Source of the DNA: Leucoraja erinacea
Taxonomy: Eukaryota
Direction of reading: 5' to 3'
Length of the DNA stretch: 64,000 nucleotides
NCBI RefSeq assembly: GCF_028641065.1
Contig: NC_073391.1
Span: 20,212,001-20,276,000 of the forward strand
A program made the position numbers and the translations under genes. This document shows positions 37,735-50,722 of the stretch, piece by piece. Positions within the stretch are counted from its first letter, which is position 1. The number at the start of each line of letters is the position of its first letter. The notes under the pieces are model-generated. The model saw only the letters and a program-made list of their open reading frames with translations, did not search any database and was not told the DNA's origin.

Positions 37735-39420
37735 ACTGGCATCCATCTGACATGCTGGAAAATTGCCCAGGTATGTCCCGTTCACAAAAAGCAGGTCACT
37801 CCGATTAATTATTGCCCAATCAATCAATTCTCTCATCAGCAAGCGACGGAAGGAATAATGACAGTGCTGTTACACAGAATCTATCGATAATTTGTTCAGC
37901 GGTACCCAGTTTAGCAAGATCTATTCTGCTCCAGACGTTATCACAGTGCTGGCCCAAACTTGGACCAAAGAACTGTTTCCAAAGATAAAGTGACAGTGAA
38001 TGCTCTTGACATCAAGCCAGTCTTTGATTGAGAGTTGCATCAAGGAACCCTATTAAAATTAAGTTATCAGGCATCAGGGAAAAAAAACTCCAGTGGTTAG
38101 AGTTATTACCTAAGAGAGAAGTTATGGTTATTGGAGGTTTATTATTCCAGCTCCAGGATACCAATGCAGAAGTTATTCAGGGTGGTGTTCTGGGCATGAC
38201 CATCTCTGCCTATTTTTTTTAATGACCTTTCATCCATTGCGGCATAGGATGGCACACTGGCGCAGCTGGTAGAGTTGCTGCCTCACCCATGTTCAAACTT
38301 GAGCTTGGGTGCTGTCAATGTGGAGTTTGCATGTTCTCCCCGTGACCGTATGGGTTTCCTCCAGGTGCTCCGGTTTCCTCCCACCTCCCAAAGATGGGTG
38401 AGTAAATGTAGGTGAATTGGCCATCTGAAAATTGCCTCTAGTGTGTAGGGAGTGGATGGAAAGTGGGATAACAAAGCGACACAGTGAATGGGTGATCAAT
38501 ACTTGGCATGGAATCCATGGGCCAAAAATAAGATCGTTATCTTTTGCAGAGAGATGTTGAATTGTAGAGGGGATGTGTAGCTTTGATATGTTTGCTGACA
38601 GTTACAGAATGTTTAATTCCATTCCCAATTCAGCGAACAAAGCAGCTCATCTTTACACACAGCAAGACCTAGACTACATTGAAGTGTGGGGTGATGAATG
38701 GCAAGTACCATAGGCAATGCAGTGGTTTGCGCAGCTGCAGCACATTCCTGTGGCCTGTTGCCCCGTGTGTGTGGCGCTTACACTGTGTAGGTTTCCTTTG
38801 GGTTTTCTCCAAATCCCCAAAATGTCCCACAAGGTTAATTGACTACTGTAAATTACCCCTAGTGTGGGTGGGTGCCAAGAGAATTGATAAGAGGAATAGA
38901 TTACTGGGAAATAAGTGGGGAATTGGGACTGATTGAAATAAAAGAGCTGGCATAGACTAACTAGGATAATGTTGTTAAAATAATATGGGAATGCATTTAA
39001 ACCACAAAGGTGCCAGGCAATGATCACTTCCAATAGTAAAGTTTCTAGGTACCTACCCTGCCATTCAATGGCTTGACATTCAATGACATTCATTGCTGAA
39101 TCCCTCACCATCAACATCCTAGGTGCCGTCACTGATCAGAAGCTCCTCTGGACCAGCTATGTAAATACTAAAGCACCAACTGCTGTCAAGCTGTACAGAG
39201 GTGGTGAGTGCAGCTCCAACAACTCTCGATAGGTTCTGCATATCCAGGACAACGCAATCAGTTTCAAAGTTGCTCTAAATCCTGGAACCCTGACTTAATA
39301 GCAGTATGGGAGTGTCATCTTCAGACAGACTGCAGCAATTTCAAAATATGACACATCATGACCTTATTATGAGCAAGAAGGTGTGCGGTATAAATGCAGG
39401 GCTTACCATTGACATCCAGA
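37735..39420 (+). mobile_element. Old CR1-type LINE RT remnant interrupted by two V-SINEs (38249-38525, 38715-38960)
   Basis: Degenerate WKIAQVCPVHKK, ALDIK..FD.V, VIQGGVLG motifs; SINE V-domains gtggagtttgcatgttctcccc. Confidence 0.75.
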
Positions 39421-41029
39421 CCCAGATAAATACAAATCAGTTATATGTTGAGAAGATGTTAATAAGTAGGATGCTTTTTTTCGTTCCGATTTCACAGCGG
39501 GGTAAATGTATCTTTATCTGTAATTAATCATTTGGTGGGGCTTTTTGTAAATTGGATGTATTGAGGGAAATAATAATAAATACTTGAGAACATCTTTCCT
39601 TTAAATTAATTTAAGCAACACAAATTAGGCCTTTACAGTTAATTTCCTATTCAAAAAAGAGAAAGCTATTAAAATGAGGAAAGCATACTATTGACTTCTA
39701 TGGTGCCATTTCAAAAGCAACCAAAATCCAAATCAGTGCCAAAATGCTATAAATAGAATAACAACTTAGAATGTGTTAAAAGATTCATTGTTAAGATAGC
39801 CATCAGCTAAAAAGTGGTGTCACTTTGCAACGTTTGATTTAAGTCTCTCATTGCGTCATTTTAAAGAATATCACCATTGCTTGCTGCATATGATCTGCAC
39901 CTCTGACAGCAGGTGTTACTTTGACCTGTTTTTTTTGCGTTTTGTAATTTTTATGTTAGTTGAGATAAATTGGATACTAAAACCAACTTAAAATTTTCAT
40001 ATAGTAAACAAAAGGATCGGTGTCTTTCTATTCTGGATCATTATCTTTTGCAGAGAGATGTTGAATTGTAGAGAGGAGATGTAGCTTTGGTGTTACCTAC
40101 CTGTGAAGCCCCTCGCTGAATTGGTGGAGTTTGGGCATCTGGTTGTGAAATGGTCATACAGCATAAACCTTTAGTATCATAGTATCGGTGTAACTCAGAT
40201 GCCAGATATTTGGCTTCTGTAGCTGGTGCCAGTTCTCTGCAAGACTAGTTTAAACCAATGCCATTCCTTAGCCCTTGCCCTGTAGCTCATCAATTCTTTT
40301 TGGACCCCAAACAATTGTTCAGGTTAGGAGTGTCAATTTGTATTTGCAACATATTAGAACATATCGAGATGCTTCATAATTGTGAGAAGCACACAAAAGT
40401 TATATAATAGTATCCTTTAAAAAAACCCCACCAGCAACCAGAGGCAGGTATTCATTCTTTATTCGTGTTTTAGACTACCGATATGAGTCTAAATTTTCAT
40501 TGAGTTACAAGGAAATAATAAGGTTGCTGCTTGCATTTGCACTACTGTGAGGTTGCACTGACTCTGCTTCTTGGCCTAAATAAAGACAACTTGGTTAGGA
40601 TATAATTTATTAATTCCTATGATTCATGTCCCAATTACCACTATAGGCCACAGATTCATTCACTCAACTGATGCAAAATTGCTGTATATTGTTTGTGCTG
40701 CCAAAATGTTTCACAGTGTATGGTGTATTTACAGTTTTACAAAATTTACATAAAAATAGCGTATTTGAAAAAATCTTAGATACATAGAAAATAGGTGCAG
40801 GAGTGGGTCATTTGACCCTTTGAGCCAGCGCTGCCATTCAATGTGATCATGGCTGATCATCCAAAATCAATACCTCTTTCCTGTTTTCTCCCCATACCCC
40901 TTGATTCCGCAGAATCCTTGATTCTCTTATTTGTGAGTTGAAATATTCTCCAAGTTTTTAAAGTTGCCCAGGACTTTAAAAATTATTTCTGCCTCAAGTA
41001 GACAGTAGATGATGTTCAGGACCAACTGA

Positions 41030-41610
41030 ACTAGCAACGTTAGGATAAAATTCTCGATTAACAATCCAACGTGTTACTGAAGGAGTGCTGCATTGTCAGT
41101 CTTTTGTCACATCAGCTATTAAACTGAAGCCTTGTTTGATTTCTCGTGCATATGCTAACAAATGTGTAACATATTTTGAAAGCAAGTTAACCAACATCAC
41201 TCACTTTTATCATAAGTCTCTTGTTTGGGAGTTCCTGTGCATGTTAGCAGTTGGATTTAGCATATTACAAAGGTGACTACATCTTAAAAGTATTTAAAAG
41301 ATATAAAATTCCGGAGTAACTCAGTGGGTCAGGCAGCATCCCTGGAACGTCATAGAGCCAGAGAGCAGTAGGAATCACAGAGGGGGAGCAGTGAGAGAAG
41401 GTCTCAAATAGCTCCCTTCAGAGAGAGGAGAACCTCTTCAAAATAGGCGTACCCTGAAGACATTTTCCAGTGGAACAGTTAAAATGTAATATTAAGGAAC
41501 TGCAGATGCTGGTTTATATCAAAGATAGACACAAAATGCTGGAGCAACTCAGCGGAACTCCCTGAAGTTTATTTGATTAAAAGTATTTAAAAGGCTGCAT
41601 TACAGTTTTA
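41030..41610 (+). mobile_element. Old Deu-domain-like SINE split by a Penelope-derived insert (41301-41576, 17-bp TSD)
   Basis: tactgaaggagtgctgcattgtc...attacaaaggtgactacatcttaaaagtattt; TTAAAAGTATTTAAAAG at 41284-41300 and 41577-41593. Confidence 0.65.
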
Positions 41611-42289
41611 TACATTCTGCAATTAGGGAGAGCATTGCACATATGCAATTGTCAAAGTGACAAATGTGTTGATTAGTTCCAGTTTGCTCTGCCCTTTTGT
41701 TACATCTATTCACTTTTTTAAGGGCTTTGCATTGGATTATCAAATAAACACAGCTACATGACATCAAAGAATTTGTGTACACACGTGCAGCAATTATGCC
41801 ATGGTGTGCAGGTTGTGCAGTGCACCAGTGCAGAAAAAGGTGTACATGCAAGTGGAGAGATAATGAAGGAGGCAGAGGCAGACACACAGAGAGAGTGACA
41901 GGCTCAAGGGGTGGAGGTGGTGTGGCTAACAATTATGATCTCAGTATGTCTGGAGATGGTGGAGATTATTAGATTATTCCAAGTATGTCTGGAGATGGTG
42001 GAGATGGTGCAAGTAAGATGAAATGGAGTAGGGAGCAGCAGAAGGAAAGAGAGTTCTCTCCTCAGATACTGGTTCCTTTTTTTCTAAGTCTGTTGCCATC
42101 ACTGGTCTCAAAGAATTAATTTTTGCCTCTTCCATCCATCCAAGCTACCTTCTGTCTCCAGACTGTGTTTCCTCCAATTTAGCTGCATTCTTACTTGGAA
42201 CAATTCTGTCTTGCTACACAAGCAGTGCAAACCTAAATCACAAATTATGTCCTATGTGATTGTGATTGTGTACTTGCTTGTCATTATTA

Positions 42290-43400
42290 ATTACTTTGCA
42301 GCCTTAGACAAGATTGACCACTCCACCGTGTTGCTATATTTTACTGCAACTTACTGTTTATCTGGATGGGACTGCACTGACATGATTGTATTCAATCTTA
42401 TTGTTGTAGCAAGAGTATTGTCTGCAATTACACTACTTCAAGTATCCACAGTGTTCCACCTGGTGTTCCACAGGGATCTAATTTTGATGCCTTCCTATTG
42501 CTAATCTGCATGCTCGCTCCATGGCCCATTAAAAAAACACGTCTTTTTTTTGCATGTACAGCAATGTTACCTCACCACCACTTCTTTTCACCCCAATGCC
42601 GACCAAGATGCCCCATCTAAGCTGGTCCCATTTGCCCGTGTTTGGCCATTATTCCTCGGAACCTTTTATGTACCATTATGTACCTGTCCAATTGTCTTTT
42701 AAATGTTGCTATAGTACCTGCCTCAACTACCTCATCAGGCAGCTCAGTCCATATACCCAGCACACTCTGTGTGAAAAAGTTGTTATTAAATTATTCCTAT
42801 TCAATCTTTTCCCTCTCAATTTATACCTATGTCCTCTGGTACGTGATTCCCCTACCCTGGGAAAATACCATGTGCATTCATTCTATCTAGTTCTATCTAT
42901 TAATGGTGTAATTCTTTGGCTGACATTCAGAACTATATGAGCGGAGATTTCCTCCAGTTAGATTGGGAAGACGGAGGCTGTCATCTTAGTCCCCCACTCT
43001 ATTTGCCAATGGCTGACATCATCCCTCTCCCTGGCATAGTATGAAACTTAAGCAAACTCTTCACAGACTTGTGGACACGTTTGGCCCTGGTTCAGTTTTG
43101 GACATTGTAGCTGTGCTGTTTCTACAACTATATAGTTCTCTAGCCTCTATGAAATCGCCAAGTTCAGTCCTTGCCTTTACAGCATGAGCTGCCAATATAC
43201 CTCAGTCACGCAATGGTTTTTTTTTCCGGACTAGAGTATTCTGATGCACTCCTGGCTTGCCTCCCCGCTACACATTCCATGCAATTGAGGCCTTCTAAAA
43301 TGCTGTTACCATGTCGTGACTCATAAAGAGTCTCATTCACCCAACAACCATTCTTGCTGACCTAACATACTCCCTCAAAAGCAATGCCCTGATTTTAAAA
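42290..43400 (+). mobile_element. Ancient L2-type LINE RT remnant, with CR1 tail inserted on the - strand (42590-42890)
   Basis: AALDKIDHSTVL (AAFDTIDHxIL-like), GVPQGS and LEYSDALLAxLP-like segments. Confidence 0.6.
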
Positions 43401-44279
43401 CAACTACCATTTTGCAGATTTTAACTGTAAGCTATTTTTTATTTTTTTGCAGCAGCAGCAGCAGCAAAAAAATGTTTAGTTGTCAGAAGCATTAGCAGGC
43501 ATAAAATGTTTATGTAGCTGTTTCACCTCCAAGAATCACATATGCCTACTGCCTTCAACAAATTACTTCAATTAATAGAAAATCATCATCCATTTTCTGT
43601 AATTTAGCCTGAGTACACCACAGTTTTTTTTAACGTTAATCTTGCACTTTAGCTGGAGCTTATTTAAACTTTGTACATTCTCTAATGCACATTATTTACA
43701 GAAAATATTTTAACTTATTCATGTGGATCAGCTTTTGGCTGGTGAGATTTCTTGAAGAAAGCACTTTGCATTTGTAAAATAAGAATCCTTGTATAATACA
43801 GTATTATCGGATAATTTTCAATGTGCTGTTCGTTATTGGAATGCAGGTGGTGTTTCAGTTTTGAAGCAAATAGCTTGCCATACTAAAAACAGGAAATGCT
43901 GGCGATACTCAGCAGCTCAGGCAGCATCTGTGGGAAGAAAAAGAGAATTCAAGTTTGTCAATTACCCTTCATCATGACTGACAATGGAGCTCTGATGAAG
44001 GGCCTTTGACGTGAAACATTAACTCTGTTTCTCATCCAACAATGATGGCCGTGCCTTCTCAGTATCCCCAGCATTGTCTGATTTTTCTTTAGATTTCTAG
44101 AATCTACAGTGATTTTTTATTTTCACAGCCCTCCTGAATGTACCAGAGTTTGAAACAATACTGAATATTTAATAACGACAGATGGAAAATGTATGTAGCG
44201 GCAAGGAACTGGAGATGCTGCTTTACACAAAAGACACCAAGTGACACCAAGTAACTCATTTGTCACTATCCTTGCATAC

Positions 44280-44650
44280 GTTATAGGAGCAGAATTAGGC
44301 CGTTCAGCCCATTTAGTCTGCTCTGCCATTCAATCATGGCTGAACTATCTTTCCCTCTCAACCCCGCCTGCCTTCTCCCCATAACTCCTGACACTTAATA
44401 ATTGAGAATTTGTCAATCTCCGCCTAAAAATATCCATTGACATGGCCTTCACAGCCATTTGTGGCAATGAATTCCACAGATTCTCCACCCTCTGACTAAA
44501 GTAACTCCTCTTCAACTTTCTAAAGGTACATCCTTTATTCTGAAGTTATGCCCTCTGGTTCTAGAGTCTCACACTAGTGGAAACATCCTCTCCACATCCA
44601 CTGTATCCATGCCTTTCATTATACCGTAAGTTTCAATGAGGTCCCTCATG
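44280..44650 (-). mobile_element. CR1 LINE 3' fragment
   Basis: Closely similar to 13110-13465. Confidence 0.85.
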
Positions 44651-44909
44651 CAGAACGTGAACAGTTGATATTTCTGGTTGGGACCCTACTTTAGACTGAA
44701 ATTTATAAGAATTGCTTTATAAATATTTGGCTGATGTATTATTAGGCTGATCGAGGGCAGAACATTCACTGAAGTTCTCCATCTGTCAATAGACACGGAA
44801 TGATTGACTACTGCACCATTAACTATCTACTAAGAGCCGGGACAGTAATATTCAGCTGTTCATGTTTCATTTATTTCATATAAACCCATGACTATGTTTG
44901 TGTGTTTGG

Positions 44910-45590
44910 ATCGAGGAGTACAGGTGCATAGTTCCTTGAAGGTCGAGTCGCAGGTACATAAGGCAGTCAAAAATGCTTTTGGCACTTTGGCCTTCATCAG
45001 TCAGAGTATTGAGTATAGAAGTTGGGAGGTCATGTTGCAGTTGTATAAGACGTTGGTGAGACCGCATTTAGAATATTGTGTTCAGTTCTGGGCACCATGT
45101 GATATTGTCAAACTTGAAAGGGTTCAGAAAAGATTTACGAGGATGTTGCCAGGACTAGAGGGTTTGAGTTATAGTGAGAGGTTGAGTAGGCTGGGTCTCT
45201 ATTCCATGATGCGCAGGAGGATGAGGAGGGATCTTATACAAAATCATGAGAGGAATAGATTGGGTAGATGCACAGAGTCTTTTACCCAGAATTGGGGAAT
45301 TGAGGACCAGAGGATGTAGGATCAAGGTGAAGGGGAAAAGATTTAATAGGAATCCGAGGGGTAACCTTTTCACACAGGGTGTATGGAACAAGCTGCCAGA
45401 GGAGGTAGTTGAGGCTGGGACTATCCCATCGCTTAAGAAACAGTTGGACAGGTTCAAGGATTTGACAGGTTTGGAGGGTTATGGACCAAGCGCAGGCAAG
45501 TGGGACTAGGTTAGCTGGGACATTGTTGGCCAGTGTGGGCGTGTTGGGCCGAAGGGCCTGTTTCCACACTGTATCACTTTATGACTATGA
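44910..45590 (+). mobile_element. CR1 LINE 3' fragment (young)
   Basis: ORF LYKTLVRPHLEYCVQFWAP...LERVQKRFTRMLPGL, followed by a 3' tail. Confidence 0.93.
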
Positions 45591-48500
45591 ATGTGGAGTG
45601 CTGCCAGTTTGGAGTGGTCAATTTCGAATTCTCAAGCGAGCATAATGGAACTGAAATAATTTCAGCAAAGCAGAATGATCATTTTTGACAACTCAATTGA
45701 TAGATTATGTTAAAACAGGCAAGACACTATATTATACATTTGTTGATCTAGGTACCTTGAGGAAATATGCCTGCAATTGCTCTGCGCTTGATGTAAAAGT
45801 AACCGGAAAACAAGGGTGAATTTAACACAACATATTTGACATATTTACAGGTTTACAGTTTATAACTGAAAATAGATAGCATTTGACCATCTTAAGGTCA
45901 CTCAATCTTTTTTTTTCTAAAAATAACTTTCTGAAACATGATTTTAATATTGTTTTGAAGTTAAACCCTCACATCAACTTTATCTGTTATATAATATAAA
46001 TATTTTTATTTTCATTAATTTCAGTTTATCCTCTTTACTCTTCCCTGAGGAATGCACTTTCAGCCAGGAACAACAAAAAGAAGCAGCAAAAGACACTATG
46101 CATAAGTTTCCTTTATTTGCACTGGTGTGGAAGGAGTTGCAAAGATTAGGGGGCTCAGTCAAAGTTAATCAAGAAGTCACAATGTATTGTCACTAGGAAA
46201 TGTTTAAGCAAAATGGGTGTTGTGTTAATGCCCAGGGTAAAAAAAAACGGAGTTAGATTTGGGACAGTGCTTTGAGCCCTGATTTCGACATAGCCAAGAT
46301 GCGGAAAGGAAAATGCCGACATGTTTGCGATTTAAGTAGAAATAACATAAAAGTGGTGTCCGCCGCACGAACAGTTAAATATAAAGCCGTCAAAGATTCT
46401 GTGCCCACAAAGTCCTCCTTTGAAGTGGCAGTACATTCGTTTTGACAAGCATGAGGAAGGATAGTTTAGTGTGGTTGCACTTGGATAGAAAGTGGCAGTT
46501 TTGTGAGCTGTTTTTTATGGTTAAAAATGGCCTCCCTTCCTCTTTTGAGAATGCTGACTCGTTGTGTAGATTGATAGACTGTGTCTAGACATCAGGTGCT
46601 AGCAAGCCATATTCTGGGTTGTAAAGAAATCTGAAGCCTGAATGTTTTTGCATTGTCCCTTACATACAGTTTGCATTTATATAACATGTTTTGTCAAGGC
46701 ACTTTGAAGGCCTGACATCAAGCAAAATTTGAGAACAAATATTAAATATTCGGACAGACAACTACATCTAATTAGGAAGATAGGTTTTGAGGAGTTCCTT
46801 AAATGAAGAGGGAGGGGGCGAGAGGTTTTGGGTGGAGACATGAAGCTAGGAAGCTAGGAAACCAGGCAACTGTATATATGTGTAGAATTGCTAAAAAATT
46901 AAACTCAGAAATGTGCCAAAACCAGAATTGGAGCAGTACAAACACCTAGGAAAATAATTTGGATGGAGGAGAAATACTGATGAGGAAGGGTGAGATCATA
47001 AAGCTATTTGAAAGCAAGGACGTAGGCTTTTAAATTCCAAGTGTTACTGAATCAGGAGCCAGTGATAGTGAAGTGATAGCAGGTGATCTTCTGGTTGTGA
47101 CTGGATGGATGTGAATAAAATCAGGCAATGGCACTCAGCTGGATAATTGCAGAGGGTGAAGAGTGTTGACGCCTACAGATGGATTCAAAAGTGTGGGGGG
47201 AAAAGAGTTTCCTGGAAATTTAATAATAGCCACTACAACGCTGAGACACTGTTGAGGCAGAGTTGGAAATCTGACTACTAAACATTGACTTTCAAGAACG
47301 ATTTGCAATAGGCCACATGTGGAAAAAAATCAGGGAGGAAAGGACGTTTGACAAATGGGGTTTATTCATAAGAATTGAGAGATTGCATTTTGGAGGAAGG
47401 GTGCACATTTGCGGGAGGGCAGGTAGCTGAGCAGGGATAAGAAGGCTAATAGAAAGGCCAGTAGTTTGGTCAGAAAGGACAGGAAGTAGATTTTATAAAC
47501 AATACCGTTCAGATAGGCAACAAAGCTAGATAGAGGAACATGAAAAGATGTGAGCTCAGTGCTGGGCATATGGGAAAGAACCTTTGAGGGGTGCATGGTC
47601 TGATAGATTAACGGAGGAGACAGACACAAATTGCTGAAGTAACTCAGCGAGACAGATAGCATCTCTGGAGAGAAGCAATGGGAGATCTTAAACCAGCATC
47701 TGCAGTTACTTCCTACATGAACTGGTGAAGAAGAAGGATATAAATGAGGCAGCTGAACCAGGTGTAATTCTTAGTGACAAAGTGTTGATATGCTCATTGG
47801 GAAAGGCAGTGCGTAGTTTCAGCCAAAGCTTTTGTGTTTGAAAGAAAAGGCTGTATTAGGAGAGCCTTTCACTGTTCTTTTGGAAGCATGTGAAATTGAA
47901 GCCCTGAGCTATTCGTCAAAGGGCATGAGATTTCTATTTGTGTTCTGACCAACATATTCTTTTTTACCAACACCAAAACAAGAGCTATTTCACTATTTGT
48001 ATAATTGTTGGACAATGTTGTACATGTGTTAACTTCCACATTTGCTAACACTCAAATGTATTTCAGTGGCAGTGAATCATTCTACAACATCCTGAGGAGG
48101 TTGGAGACATGTAACCACAAATTCAAATAGCATATATTTTCTTTACGTGAAAAAGCCTTGAAAATGTTAAATAAATGCCAACTCTAAAGTAGTAAATCTG
48201 TCCCAACCCACATACAATGGACTAATTAAATTTGACCTTTCTATGGGTATGGCACAATTATTCGCAATTAAATATATTTGCTCTTTCAATTCTATGCTTC
48301 TAAACAGTTGAAAGATATTCTGATCTGCCTTGTTGATCTTTCAGGAACTGTATAAAGTTGCAGACATGATTTGAAAACTCACATTTTTTGTAAAGATTCT
48401 AGTCATTGGACTGCCACTGGATAGTAAGGTGTTGTGGGGTTGGATAATGAACAGGCAGAGTTGTTTAGGAAGGAACTGCGGATACTGGCTTACACTGAAG

Positions 48501-48817
48501 ATAGACACAAAATGCTGGAGTAATTCAGCAAACAGGCCGCAACTGGGAATAGTAGTTGTTCAGACTGAACTGTTCCAAGCACAGGATTGTTAAAGCCATT
48601 TGTAGTTCCACACACTGGTCTGTCGGCTCAATACAGACGAGTGACTGAAATGAAATCTCTCTGGTTTGTTAGTCAGTACCTTGAGCACAATAAACTTGGC
48701 TACAATGGTCCCACAAGGAGCTCCACCACTATTGATCAAATACCGCCTACCATATACTGTCTTGTATTCTATATTCTTTCCCTCATCTAGATTCATCTCC
48801 CTTCAGTCAGACAGTGA

Positions 48818-49040
48818 AGGGCCTGTCGCGTAAGGGCCTTGCGCAGTTTTTTTCGGTGACTTGCCGGCACCCGTCATAGTCGCAGCAGGTCTCCGAAAAT
48901 TTTCAACATGTTGAAAATCCAGCGGCGACCAGAATAAGGTATGACTCTTTGGGCGACTACTCACGACCATACAGGCTTCACCCCGCGACATGACGGATGC
49001 CGACAGTCGCCGAAAATGGCGTGTAAGTGGGACAGTCATT
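48818..49040. mobile_element. MITE, probably PIF/Harbinger-like, with internal palindrome
   Basis: Ends agggcctgtc.../...aagtgggacagtcatt; subterminal inverted ccggcacccgtcat/atgacggatgccg; perfect 20-bp palindrome at 48899-48918; CpG-rich. Confidence 0.7.
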
Positions 49041-49590
49041 ATGCTGCTGGTTTCCTGGGTGGGGATTCTCAAATATGGAAGCTGGTGTCATCTCCTGCCA
49101 AGTTCTATGCCCCAGCAGATTGTCTCCCCCCCCCCTCCCCCCCCCCCCCCCCCCTCCCCCCCCCCCCCCCCCCCGTACCAACACACAAAATTCCTTTGCA
49201 CCTATTGATGAGAATATCAGGTCCCCCATGTGACTGCCATAATGTACATTGCTGCTATATGGTTGCCATGGAGATTGTGGTTCTAAGGCCTGATGTACTT
49301 CTCAGACTAGTGCACAGTTACAGTAAAAGTGATAAGCTGCATTTAATTGGGCCTGCGTCCATCAGGAGATTTGTGTACAATCTACCATTTTAGGATGATT
49401 GGTTTACTCTTACAACTATGTTTCCATAAGATTTTGATCCCTTTTCACAATTTTTTGCAGGGGATCTGACCGGGTGTTGCCACTATGTGCAGCATAGGTT
49501 CAGCATATCTAAAAAAAACGCGGTCAAAACTCCAGGCATTTATGCCATGGTAATACTCATTGTTAAGCTTTGTGTCTTTTTGTTTTACAG

Positions 49591-49709
49591 AAATACATGA
49601 TAATGATGTGCGTGCCTGTTCTAGCCAGCCGAATACATCAGGATTCTCAAAGTGGGCCATTTCACTAGAAAATCTCCTTGAAGATCCAGAAGGAGTAAAG
49701 CTTTTCAGG
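49591..49709 (+). CDS. RGS10: RGS10 exon 2: (E)IHDNDVRACSSQPNTSGFSKWAISLENLLEDPEGVKLFR
   Basis: tgttttacag / AGG|gtctgt, 119 nt; phase matches exon 1; start of the RGS domain. Confidence 0.95.
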
Positions 49710-50254
49710 GTCTGTCTGTTTTTAATTTACTAAATTGATTTGTTAGCACTTTTAATATCTGTAGTGAAAATTTTCAGATAAATTTCAATCAACTGGTAGT
49801 CTTGATAGGATTTAATTTAACACAAAAAATATTTATCTTATGTTCTTATGCTTTCTGTCTCACCTTTTTCTCTTTATTCTCCTGTTTTACAGTGTCTTCC
49901 TCTCCCTTGTTTTACTTTCTTCCCTTCCATTTCATGGTTTTCAGGTATTTCCGAACGACCAAACACTTGGATTGGAAGTTTAAGTTTGACGTGACCATAG
50001 ACACATTTCCGTTCTTTCTAGTGGACTTATGACAAGAACATGGAGATGTGTTTTTTTAAACTGTACAAAATAGCAGCACTAACATAGTTACAAATGGTAT
50101 TATGTAAGTGGTCACATGCCATACTCCACAAATCTTGAATATCTGATCTGAGAAAAAAAAAATCCCAACTTCTATTTTTATTTTTAAGCCTTTATTGAAA
50201 TTCCCTTCTTTGTTAAAGTTGTTAAACTTCAAAGGGTAGAGCTTAGAGATACAG

Positions 50255-50722
50255 CCTGGATCTTCGGCGACCATCTATCCACGCTATCCCATCCTACACA
50301 CTAGGGGCAATTTACAGAAGACAATTAACCTACAAACCTGAAAATAGACAGAAAATGCTGGATTAACCCAGCAGGACCGGCAGCATCTCTGGAGATAAGG
50401 AATGGGTGACCATCTGGGGTCGAGACCCTTCTTCAGACTGGAGAATGGTCTCGACCCGAAACATCATTCATTTCTTCTCTCCAGAGATGCTGCCAGTCTC
50501 GCTGGGTTAATCCAGCATTTTGTGTCTATCTTCGGTTTAAACCAACATCTGCAGTTCCTTCCTATACAACCTACAAACCTGCACGTCTTTGGAATATGGG
50601 AGGAAACTGGAGCACCTAGAGAAAACCCATGCGGTCACAAGGAGAATGCACAAACTGCGCGCAGGCATCACCCGTAGTTAGGATTAAGCCCAAAACTCTG
50701 GCGCTGTGAGACGGCAGCTCTA
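50255..50722 (-). mobile_element. HE1-like V-SINE interrupted by a Penelope foldback (50341-50567, 14-bp TSD)
   Basis: AACCTACAAACCTG at 50327-50340 and 50568-50581; SINE sequence continuous across the insert. Confidence 0.88.

Noticed and set aside
41943-42005. 24-bp direct duplication (agtatgtctggagatggtggagat)
   Set aside because: Simple local slippage with no sign of function.
48941-49393. 150-aa proline-rich ORF
   Set aside because: Made of a MITE and a C homopolymer; no domain or splice support.
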